Assembly (NCBI GenBank): GCA_002794465.1
Contig: MTSL01000134.1
Span: 75,495 to 107,494 of the forward strand
Reading direction: 5' to 3'
Origin: Paramicrosporidium saccamoebae KSL3
Lineage: Eukaryota > Fungi > Cryptomycota
Length of the DNA: 32,000 nt
Positions 10,393 through 18,586 of this stretch are shown in pieces. Each line of letters opens with the position of its first letter. Position 1 is the stretch's first letter. A program made the translations under genes and the position numbers. The notes under the pieces were generated by a model. It was not told where the DNA came from and did not search any database. It saw nothing but the letters and a program-made list of their open reading frames with translations.

Positions 10393-10640
10393 ACAATAAA
10401 ACAGTATCTTTTCCCCCTACCTGTCGCTTTTAGGGGATAAATCAGTATCTTTTGGATGTTGGATCCCCCCTCCGACCGTTTTTAAAGAATAAATCAGTAT
10501 CTTTTGGATGATACACACCCTCCTTCCGGTCGTTCTTAAGGAAAAAGTTGATATCCTTTTGATGACGACCTCTAACTAACCGCTTTAAAGAATAAATCAA
10601 TATCTTTTGGATGACGAATTCCCTCCCGCCGACCGTTTAT
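10393..10640 (+). repeat. Five degenerate units of about 45-55 bp, each a copy of the RPA3 promoter plus first codons
   Basis: AATAAATCAGTATCTTTTGGATG...CCGACCGTTT recurs at about 10395, 10437, 10488, 10542 and 10591. The last unit contains the real RPA3 ATG (10611). Confidence 0.85.
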
Positions 10641-11043
10641 GTGAATGGCGCTTCGCTTCCTGGATGTGTGGGTAGGACGGTGCGCATTATCGGCCGCGTC
10701 GCAGGAGTACTTGAGGAGATATCTAATGCTAACATTGATAGGTAGCGGGAGCGGGACGTGTACAGTTGGAGGCTTGCGATGGACGGTCTGTGGTTGTCAT
10801 TCGGCCCAGAGTATGTCGGGATAAGGGTCAATGACTGTAGGATGCACCAAATTATACGGCAAAGTTTGTCTGTGTAACTGGTACCGTGCAGCCCGACAAT
10901 ACGATCAGCGAAGGAACTGTCGATGAACTCTGCGATAATTTCAGTATGTGACCGGTCAGCTGTGTGAGACTGTAGATTTGGCCAACTTTGCCAAAGTGAT
11001 TGAGTTTGGGATGCAGACGCCCAAATTGTTCCAAGTCGCTTAA
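10611..11043 (+). CDS. RFA3: Replication protein A 14-kDa subunit (absent from the ORF track)
   Basis: Introns 10707-10741, 10811-10840 and 10944-10975 give MTNSLPPTVYVNGASLPGCVGRTVRIIGRV...LEACDGRSVVV...FVCVTGTVQPDNTI...FNLANFAKVIEF...PKLF (111 aa), a typical RPA3 OB fold. Confidence 0.88.
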
Positions 11044-11400
11044 TAAACTGTTTAATGACCGAGGTGCAGCTCTTTGGCTTGATTAGTCCCTACTCTGTTG
11101 TCAGAATGATCGAGTTTACCACGCTACACCCAGATTGGTACAAGCCGCTTAATCAATGCTTAGTGGCCGATATGCAACTCCTTGATCTGATTAGTCCCTA
11201 CTTTGTTGCCAAATTGGTCCAGGCCGCTTAATAAATGCTTAATGACCGAGGTGCAGCTCTTTAACTTGAACAGTCTCTGCTCTGTTGACCGAATGGTCGA
11301 GTTTACCACGCTACACCCAAATTGTTCCAGGCCGCTTAATAAACTGTTTAATGACCGAGGTGCAGTTCTACTTTGATTTCATTAGCCCCTACTCCTACTT
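11020..11400 (+). repeat. Four degenerate copies (79-109 bp period) of the RPA3-stop / GST-kappa-start junction
   Basis: CC(A/G)CTTAAT(A/C)AA..TTA-ATGACCGAGGTGCAG..T(G/C)ATTAG(T/C)CCCTAC recurs, with start-codon positions at 11055, 11163 (GTG), 11242 and 11351. Confidence 0.88.
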
Positions 11401-12004
11401 TGCCTCTGTTTTGCTGCAGAGAATAGCCGGCTCATGGGGATTGAAAATAATTTACAAACCAGTCCGGCTGCCATATATTATCAAGACTACGGGCAATAAA
11501 CCGCCGGCAAGCGTTCCAGCGAGGGCGGCGTTCCTTAAAACCGACCTGATGAGGTCCGCCATATTCTACGGGATTGCCCTGAGACCGCCAAAGGACTTTT
11601 TATCAATTTCCACAAAGGCGCCGGAACTAGTGGTTCATGCGGCAAGGACTGTGGTATCTGAGGAAGATGTTGGAAGGATTGTGGAGGTGTTATGGACAGA
11701 GTTTTTCGGGAAAGGCGACTCAACTTTATTTACATCAGATCCTTGGAGTCTAAAACCCTTAATAGCGCCACTATTTTCTGCAGAAATTGTCGAGTCAATC
11801 TTGACCAAAGCTCACGAGATGGAAGAAACGTTGAGGAGCACTACGGATGAAGCATTGGCGGCTGGTGCCTTTGGTGCACCAATCATGCTAATCACCAAAG
11901 ACGATCAGACGCAATTTTTCTTTGGCAGCGATCGTTTCCACCATATTGCGCAGTTTCTCTCCACCGACCCCCGCCCACTGTACACTCCACAGAGCAAATT
12001 GTAA
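11351..12004 (+). CDS. GSTK1: Glutathione S-transferase kappa / HCCA isomerase-like (DsbA family)
   Basis: MTEVQFYFDFISPYSY, GAFGAP, FFGSDRFHHI. The track's TTG start at 11285 lies in the upstream repeat. Confidence 0.9.
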   Translation: MTEVQFYFDFISPYSYFASVLLQRIAGSWGLKIIYKPVRLPYIIKTTGNKPPASVPARAAFLKTDLMRSAIFYGIALRPPKDFLSISTKAPELVVHAARTVVSEEDVGRIVEVLWTEFFGKGDSTLFTSDPWSLKPLIAPLFSAEIVESILTKAHEMEETLRSTTDEALAAGAFGAPIMLITKDDQTQFFFGSDRFHHIAQFLSTDPRPLYTPQSKL

Positions 12005-12068
12005 TGGTTGCATATTGTACGGGCGCAAAGGCCAACTTAGAGTCGGAGGGCTTTAACTATTTACAATG

Positions 12069-13222
12069 TTACGTATGGTAACTCTTGACTCGCGAGAATA
12101 AAAACCTGTTCCAGTCTCGAGTCTCGAATTCATAGACACTCGGCAGACCATCCCAAGAGATGGCTGGGGAGACAGAGACGTATCGATTGCAACTCAGAGC
12201 ATTGTGTTTCAGCTGGCTGAGCTCCATCTCAAAGAGCGAGTTGTGTGTGGATTGCGGATCATAGAGAGTGAGATGCCATTTGCGATCGACTGGGCCATAG
12301 CGAAAGTACTTTCCAACAAACATATTGGTCTTTGAAAAGGCAGAGAGTTTGCCTGTCGGAGCTTTCCTCTTTACGCCATACGGAGATACCAAATCAATAG
12401 CTCTGACACCAAACGGAACAAAATCAGGCAGGTCGGGCAACTCTTTCAAAAGACTGACAATCTTCTTCGGCTCCTCGGTGGTAACTAGCAAGACTACGAC
12501 ATTTCCAAGCTCGGCAGGGAACATTCTCAAATATCGATAATAGGTGACCATGTGCACTGGCTGATAGAACTGACCATCATTCATTCCGGGTCGAAAATAG
12601 CTCAGCTTGCAAATATAAACGCCATCCGTCCGCAGTCGTGGCTCCTCAAAGTATGCATTTCGATAAGACGTGGTGGGTCGCGTAAGGGACGGATGTATAC
12701 ACACACGGGTGGTATGGTACATGTGACGCCAAATTTGAGGGCTTCGCGAGTATATAAAGAGCCGTTTGCATGTCCGTGCGCACTCTTCAAGAGAAACGGC
12801 ATGATTTGTGCCAACCCACAGCAGAATCCTCACCATCACTTCTGCCGGAAGATTCAGCGGTTCGTACTCTCCCACCTCCAAACTGAGTTCAGAAAGCAAC
12901 CCGGGCACAACAGCCTCAAACTTTGGCTTCTTTGCTTCACACACCTCTACTGGCGGGATGTTTGCCTCTTGTGTATTGACAACACGGTCAACATCAGGAT
13001 TTAGTCGGAACGCCTTTTCGTAATACTTTATCGCTAAAATGTTAGTACTAAACATCAAATACCTTCTGAAACTTGTCCCAGACGTTCTAGCTCTGACGCG
13101 CGCAAGAAAAGCTCTACGTCGCGTGAACAACTCCCAGAGGCATCCCCTAGTGACAGTTTCGCAGTTTTCTGTACAATATCAATGGCGGAGGAATGTTTGG
13201 TCGGGCTTGCACTAGACGACAT
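12069..13222 (-). CDS. HRT3: F-box protein Hrt3/FBXO9
   Basis: TPR-like EAIKYYEKAFRLNPDVD (after intron 13062-13034), F-box LPAEVMVRIL..SLEECARTCK, and PRLRTDGVYICKLSYFRPG..HMVTYYRYLRMF. Alternative start at 13249. Confidence 0.88.
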
Positions 13223-13420
13223 GGCGGACTCACGAGGGCCAATCATCATTTCCTTATAGAAACATGGACCAATCAGAGGTGAATATGGACGGCTATGAGC
13301 GGATCATCTACATCTTTATTTCTTACCGTCCTTTTCGTCTTGTCCAAACACTTGGGCTTCACTCCCGTTATACTAGTGGGGAGATATCCGTGTGAGCAAA
13401 TAATCTAGAATCTATAGTCA

Positions 13421-14958
13421 TTATTTCTTGTCGTTCTTCTTCGTCTTATTCAAATATTTGGGCTTCACCTCCATTGTATTAATGGGAAGGTATCCATTCT
13501 TCGGTTGGTGTGGCCATAGATCGCCCCATTTGGACTTTCGTGCATCATAGTAGATTTGTTTACCCTGTGAGCGGGGGACGATGAGCCGTTTAAAGGTGCT
13601 GTCTGTGGCACAAATGTCGTTGACAATGTGTCCTTGTCGCTTCAGCGGCCTTCTGATCAAGCGAGGCCACTGAAAAGACTTTTCTGAGAGACTAGAATCC
13701 TCAGTAGGCACTGGACGGGGCCCGCGACGGAGCACTAGATAACTAAATTTCTGATCTACAAACCCCTTTCCAATGGGATGTGTTTCCGTCTGGAACTTGG
13801 AAACTTCGATTCGCTGCGAAAAATGACACCAGCTCCCTATCATGGGGCACTTTTTCTCATGTGGACAAGGCGCCACAATGTGCAGCTCACACCCTCTGTT
13901 AGACCCATCGGAAGCCTCGCCATTCTCGTCAAGGTAGCCTTCTTTGTTAAGAATCTGTCGTCTCGCGTTGGCAATGACACGTGAGCCTTCTGGGGTGCCA
14001 CGATCAATCAACACCAAAATGTCGCGGGTCTGTTCCCACAAAGCGTCCACTGTCATTTTGCGAACCCCATCATCGGGCAAGTCGCCCAGTGAGAATGCCG
14101 CAACGGTCAAGTCGTACTGGCGGGGTCGTGCTGCCAAGGAAAGAAACCGTCGTAGCTCAATCGTATCAATTGGGTTATCAGCGTCGCGTCTGATGCTAGT
14201 GAGCAGTTTACGGGCCATTTGGAGCATTGGCTCGGAAATGTCTACGCCATGGATAGACTTGAGACTATTTCTCCAAGTCTGCTCTGTTGCCCTACGACAT
14301 AATTGACTAGAGAGTAATCGAATACAGAATAGCAGTGGCGGGACCAGTCCCAAAGTCAAACATATTTTGTGGCTTGAAATCTGGAAGCCGCTTATGTACA
14401 TCTGCAAAGACGCGCTCTAGACAGCCATATGCAAATGGCATCTGCCATGCCACATAGGCCATAGTTTCGCGGTCACCGTATTCTAAGATTGTCCTCGGCA
14501 GCTCATCCGGGTCTAAAGGTTATCGTCCAGTAAGACTGGTACGGATGACAAGCGGAACGCCTGTAGACCGCATTTGCGGCAGTATGTATTCGGCCTTGAC
14601 CTTGCAGGCTTCCTTGCTGACCTCTAGCAAACGAGATACATCTGGTTTGAGGATGTGTCGAGGATAGCCTGCAGTTGAGAAATGGCTCCCATGTACCTTT
14701 CAAGACTTGTTCCACGGCAGACATGACGTCGGCAGGCATTTTTGTCAAGTTTGGGTGGTTCTTCCCAAGCAAGTATTCAGCCGTATGACCCTTTTCAATC
14801 GCATTCATAAAAGACTCTTTGACGGACTGGAGCCTTTTGGTGCTGAAACGGCGCATCGAGAAGCCCCAAGCTTTGGGATTCGGCATGGGCTCGACAGTAG
14901 AATCTGTAAACTTTTTCCAAAACTCAGTACGCATTGTAGCCAAGATCTCGACAATCAT
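13421..14958 (-). CDS. RSM22: Mitoribosome small-subunit assembly methyltransferase Rsm22/METTL17
   Basis: Three introns (28, 30, 34 nt) join the exons in frame. Motifs FDFGTGPATA, GTPEG, APCPHEKKCP, WCHFSQR, FSYLVLRRG, WPRLIRRPLKRQGH, YDARKSKWGDLWP. The start may be the Met at 14934. Confidence 0.9.
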
Positions 14959-15351
14959 TCAGATTAGGATCACTGAGCACACGGGATAGTGTGAGGGCCG
15001 ATATAGATTTGTACAACGAGTTATAGTTGCGAGATGGTATGTCTACGGACCAGGACTCCGATAAAAGGTCTTATTACTGTCGCGTAGCGGGGATAAATAG
15101 TATTGACTGTCAGGCAAGAAAGGGGGGTTTGTTTACTGCTACTCTTAGAATAGTGTGGATACACATCTCACTGTTCTCAAATACCCAGCAACTAGGTCTT
15201 CTCCAAACTAGGGAACTATTCTCAAATACCCGACTAATCAGCACTCTACGTCACATTACTAATCTTGCAATAATGTTAGGCATTGTCTATATCAACAACC
15301 GTTGTAGACACATCTTTGCTAAGCATTCAATTTGATGAAACTTTACTTATA

Positions 15352-15454
15352 GATTAGTATCGACGCCTCGATTCAACAAGGCTTTAATGATGGATTAGTA
15401 TCGACGCCTCAATTCGGCGAGGCTTTAATGATGGATTAGTATCGACGTCTGGCA
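15352..15454. repeat. 41-bp tandem repeat (2 full units plus 1 partial) that duplicates the HD1 stop codon region
   Basis: GATTAGTATCGACG starts at 15352, 15393 and 15434. On the minus strand each unit ends AG(A/G) CGT CGA TAC TAA (RRRY*). Confidence 0.9.
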
Positions 15455-15882
15455 TTTATGAACCAGTTGTCTAATTGCTTGAGATCTAGTCCCGTTTTCT
15501 CCATAAGTATCTTCTTCTCGTCTCCCGTCGGAAATGGGTGATCTTTATGCTCCTCTAGCCACATCAGTAAAAGCTTTCGTACATGAGTAGAATGATTTGG
15601 TCGGCGCTTACTAGCTGCTTGTACGTCGGAGTTCATATTGTCAAGCTTCTCAATTCGGGCAACTCTGGCCAAATCAATAAAGTGCTGCATAAGGACAAAC
15701 AACATTTTCTCCATATACTGATCCATAATAGTCCCACAGGTCCCTCGAGAGCTGCCAAAATAATTTTCCAGAATAGCCGGAAGCTCCACGAGTAGCTTAG
15801 ATGATTCCTTGTCTGCAGTATCAAAGGTTCTTGAGAGTAATTCTATAGCCGGAAAGAGCGGATGGGCAGTGATAGCAGTCAT
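15436..15882 (-). CDS. TALE-class homeodomain protein (HD1-like) with MEIS/KNOX (MEINOX)-like N-terminus
   Basis: LLLMWLEEHKDHPFPTGDEKKILMEKTGLDLKQLDNWFINARRRY: W19 to W48 spans 32 residues, i.e. the 3-aa TALE loop is present; I50. The N-terminus has AITAHPLFPAIELL and MDQYMEKMLFVLMQHFIDL. Confidence 0.93.
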   Translation of the reverse strand: MTAITAHPLFPAIELLSRTFDTADKESSKLLVELPAILENYFGSSRGTCGTIMDQYMEKMLFVLMQHFIDLARVARIEKLDNMNSDVQAASKRRPNHSTHVRKLLLMWLEEHKDHPFPTGDEKKILMEKTGLDLKQLDNWFINARRRY

Positions 15883-15924
15883 TCCGCGGCTGGGTGGCTG
15901 AACCTAAGCCAGCATTTCAAGCTT

Positions 15925-16388
15925 TGACAGCTTTTCCTATTATGCACCAATCATCAGATTTGATATCTTGATTGTGATCACTCGAAAATTGAAAAGCGAA
16001 TGTTTAAAAGTAGCTAAAAGTTTTACGGATACTTTCTCTTCTGTGCTACTAAAGCTTCTTGTGAGTAATTATACAGCCGAAAAGAGCGGATGGACAATGA
16101 TGGTGACTTGGCAATTGGGTGGCTGAATTCAAGCCATCCTTGAAAAACTTTGACAGCTTATATTTAGGATCCTCAGCCACCAAATACCAATGGCTCGATC
16201 TTGGTCATTTGGTATTGACTTTATTCAATTGTCGAATCGTGATTAACGGAATGTCGTCTTGTAACAAAAAGTTATGGAATCTGACACAGCTGTGCTAGGT
16301 TAGTATGGAGAGACAATGCTGTACAAAATTGTTTTCATCTTTGTCAGTCACATATCAGCCACCACCTGTCAAACATGTCAAACTGACA
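15925..16388. promoter_or_regulatory. Cluster of TALE-type TGACA(G) sites in the bidirectional HD1/HD2 spacer
   Basis: TGACAG at 15925 and 16151, TGACA at 16282 and 16384, TGTCA at 16342, 16367 and 16376. That is 7 sites in 540 bp, against about 1 expected for a 5-mer on two strands at uniform composition. Confidence 0.65.
16030..16160 (-). pseudogene. Relic copy of the HD1 5' end
   Basis: The minus strand reads HPLFSAV*LLTRSFSSTEEKV against HD1 HPLFPAIELLSRTFDTADKES. GAA has become TAA and the ATG is lost. Confidence 0.85.
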
Positions 16389-16422
16389 ACAAGATCTTGC
16401 GCCCGCCTTATGCAGCCAACAA

Positions 16423-17259
16423 ATGCGCCTCTTTCTTCAGCACACCTCAAGGACCAAGAGTGTAATAGATGAAGCTGTGAGTGCATTTAAACGCCGCAAT
16501 CTGGCTCAAGCGAATCTACTGCTCCAGCAGAATTTGCTTGAAGCTCGTGATATTCATCAGGAGCTTTTATTGGAGGCATCAACTAAGCTGGCAAATGAAC
16601 ATCTTGCCCAGTACGCTCGTTTCGTGCGTACGCTGTCCGACCAGGTGGATCAAAAGGTTTCAGATGTCAATAACACTGGAGCTAGTGTGCAACGTCTGCT
16701 TTTAGTGACCCCGACAGCTCTGATGCAAATGAGCGTCGTAATGTTCCGATTCGCAGTTGCAAACCGCCTTTATCGGTTCCAAGTCAAAATCCTGGAGATG
16801 AGTTTTGTACACAACAGCCTGCAATCAACTGTTCTGACAGCAAAGAGGTTTTCAAATGACATTATCTCTACGTTAACGTCGAGCTACTCTGCTGATTCAT
16901 ATCCTGGCTTGCCTGAAGTGGCCCGCTTGGGACGTGTGACAGGCCTGGGAGAGCGTCAGATCGTAATGTGGTTTACTAATCGTCGCTCTCGCACCAATAA
17001 CAAACGCAGCCGGTCGGGGAAATCCTGCGACCATGAGATCCTGAGCGACGCCAACACACTCTCGCCACCCGACAGCCCCAGTTCAATGATCAGTTTTCCT
17101 CCTCAGCATCGACAATCCCAACTTTCTTCTGATGACAACTTTTTCCAGGAAAGTAGCCGGCAAGCAGAGTTGGAGTTTTACAAGACCATGGTCTGCAATA
17201 ACACCCGCCATCATTGGGATGACTATGCAGAGTTCTTTGCTGATATTGGTAGACATTAA
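16423..17259 (+). CDS. Typical (non-TALE) homeodomain protein (HD2-like)
   Basis: KRFSNDIISTLTSSYSADSYPGLPEVARLGRVTGLGERQIVMWFTNRRSR: F8, L16, Y25-P26, L40, W48-F49-N51-R53 at 60-aa spacing with no TALE loop. Helical N-terminus of about 135 aa and a Ser/Pro plus acidic C-tail. Confidence 0.88.
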   Translation: MRLFLQHTSRTKSVIDEAVSAFKRRNLAQANLLLQQNLLEARDIHQELLLEASTKLANEHLAQYARFVRTLSDQVDQKVSDVNNTGASVQRLLLVTPTALMQMSVVMFRFAVANRLYRFQVKILEMSFVHNSLQSTVLTAKRFSNDIISTLTSSYSADSYPGLPEVARLGRVTGLGERQIVMWFTNRRSRTNNKRSRSGKSCDHEILSDANTLSPPDSPSSMISFPPQHRQSQLSSDDNFFQESSRQAELEFYKTMVCNNTRHHWDDYAEFFADIGRH

Positions 17260-17273
17260 TTTTGAATACAGCA

Positions 17274-17658
17274 TCAAATCTTTTTCATCAGACTTCCAGC
17301 ATCTTGAAGGATGGCTATTAGTGGCGCAGGGATGTTTTTGTTTAGGGTTCCTTCCGGTAGAGAAAATGGAAGGGCGTCTGCTCTTATCTTTCTCTCATCA
17401 AAGGGGGTTTCTGTCCTTGTCTCAATCCTAAAATCATGACTCGTTACATTGTACATACGGAAAGGATGCTGTGGAATTCAAAACTAATCTCTGAGCCTCT
17501 GGCGCCGTGTCAATATCAGTGTTTGGCATGAAAAATGAAAAGAGGGAAGAGCAGCAGTTCTTAAGACAGGAACAGGAGCAGCAGTCCTGAAAACAGGAAG
17601 GGGAACAGCAGCTCTCGAGACAAGAAGAAAAACGGTGGTCCTCAAGATAAGATATCAT
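17274..17658 (-). CDS. Small spliced orphan protein (117 aa) with a Cys-rich N-terminus
   Basis: Canonical GTATGT...TTTTAG intron 17458-17428 (31 nt) joins track ORFs 17434..17658 and 17274..17456 in frame. The N-terminus is four 27-bp/9-aa repeats. Confidence 0.6.
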
Positions 17659-17696
17659 CCAATGTTGACAGTCCCGCCAGCCAGGGCCACGTCACC

Positions 17697-18115
17697 ATGG
17701 AATCACTCTTTTGTCCTGAGTGTCACAACCTCCTTGACCTTCCCGGCGACGAAGATGTTGTGACTTGCACAGTTTGCGGTGCGAAACAGTCTGCGAGTGG
17801 TACGGGTGTGGCGAGAGTCTTATAATACTAGTGTTCGAGGATCGCCCAGTGGTGACGAGGAGTAGGCCGGGACTCTTTGGAGACATTTTCAAGAAACGAG
17901 TAGTCTCAGGCGCCGCTGGAAAAGTGCACAATGACGGCGCCATGATTAAAGAGAAATGCCCCAAATGCGGCAACCCAGAAATGTCCTTCCACACTATGCA
18001 GCTTCGCTCTGCAGACGAAGGACAGACTGTCTTTTACGTATGTCCCAAATGCAGGTACAACATTTTGTTGGTGATTTATAATGTTTGCAGATATAAATAT
18101 TCAGTCAACACATAG
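17697..18115 (+). CDS. RPA12: RNA polymerase I subunit A12
   Basis: [17 protein letters not shown] and [34 protein letters not shown]. Introns 17800-17831 and 18055-18090. Confidence 0.95.
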
Positions 18116-18128
18116 AGGATAGAATAAA

Positions 18129-18554
18129 TCATCTTGCATTTGTAGCCATCTGGAGCCAGCCAGCGATAAGCAGCAGACCGCCTAGAGGGGTTATTAGGCC
18201 GAGGGTGCGCCACTGCGGTTGCAAGATTATAGCGTAGATCGAGCCAGAGAAGAGAACAACCCCAACCAGTATTAACCATGCGCCGAGATGGATTCCCCCA
18301 CGATTGGCCGCCAACAGCACTGGAGCGACATGGAACAGCTATGATGATTATCACCTATTGTGCTTTGTATACGTGGTAGTGCACAGCAATCTCCCATGAA
18401 CGAACCTTGGTGGCATCGGTCACAATCTTTTTCAGGAAATGCATCCCAAATGCCCTTTAGGGTCAGTACAACCGGGATTATGGTACCCAAATGCGACACC
18501 GCTGGCGCCGAGGAGACAACCTGCCATCCAGAGCCGAGGATCGTCAAAGTTCAT
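18129..18554 (-). CDS. TMEM256: TMEM256/DUF423 small membrane protein
   Basis: GASGVAFGAFGMH..WEIAVHYHLFH..LFSGSIYA..ITPLGGLLLIAGW after removing introns 18486-18455 and 18372-18339. Confidence 0.88.
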
Positions 18555-18586
18555 CTTCCCGATTGGTTAAAGGATAAATGGATTTT

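Noticed and set aside
10393-10640. CRISPR-like repeat/spacer appearance
   Set aside because: The repeats are degenerate, the apparent spacers are homologous to each other and to the RPA3 start, the context is eukaryotic, and there are no cas genes.
17540-17650. Metallothionein call for the Cys-rich repeat
   Set aside because: The Cys residues are confined to a repeat-derived N-terminus of a longer spliced ORF, without the Cys/Lys pattern of metallothioneins. Kept as an orphan.
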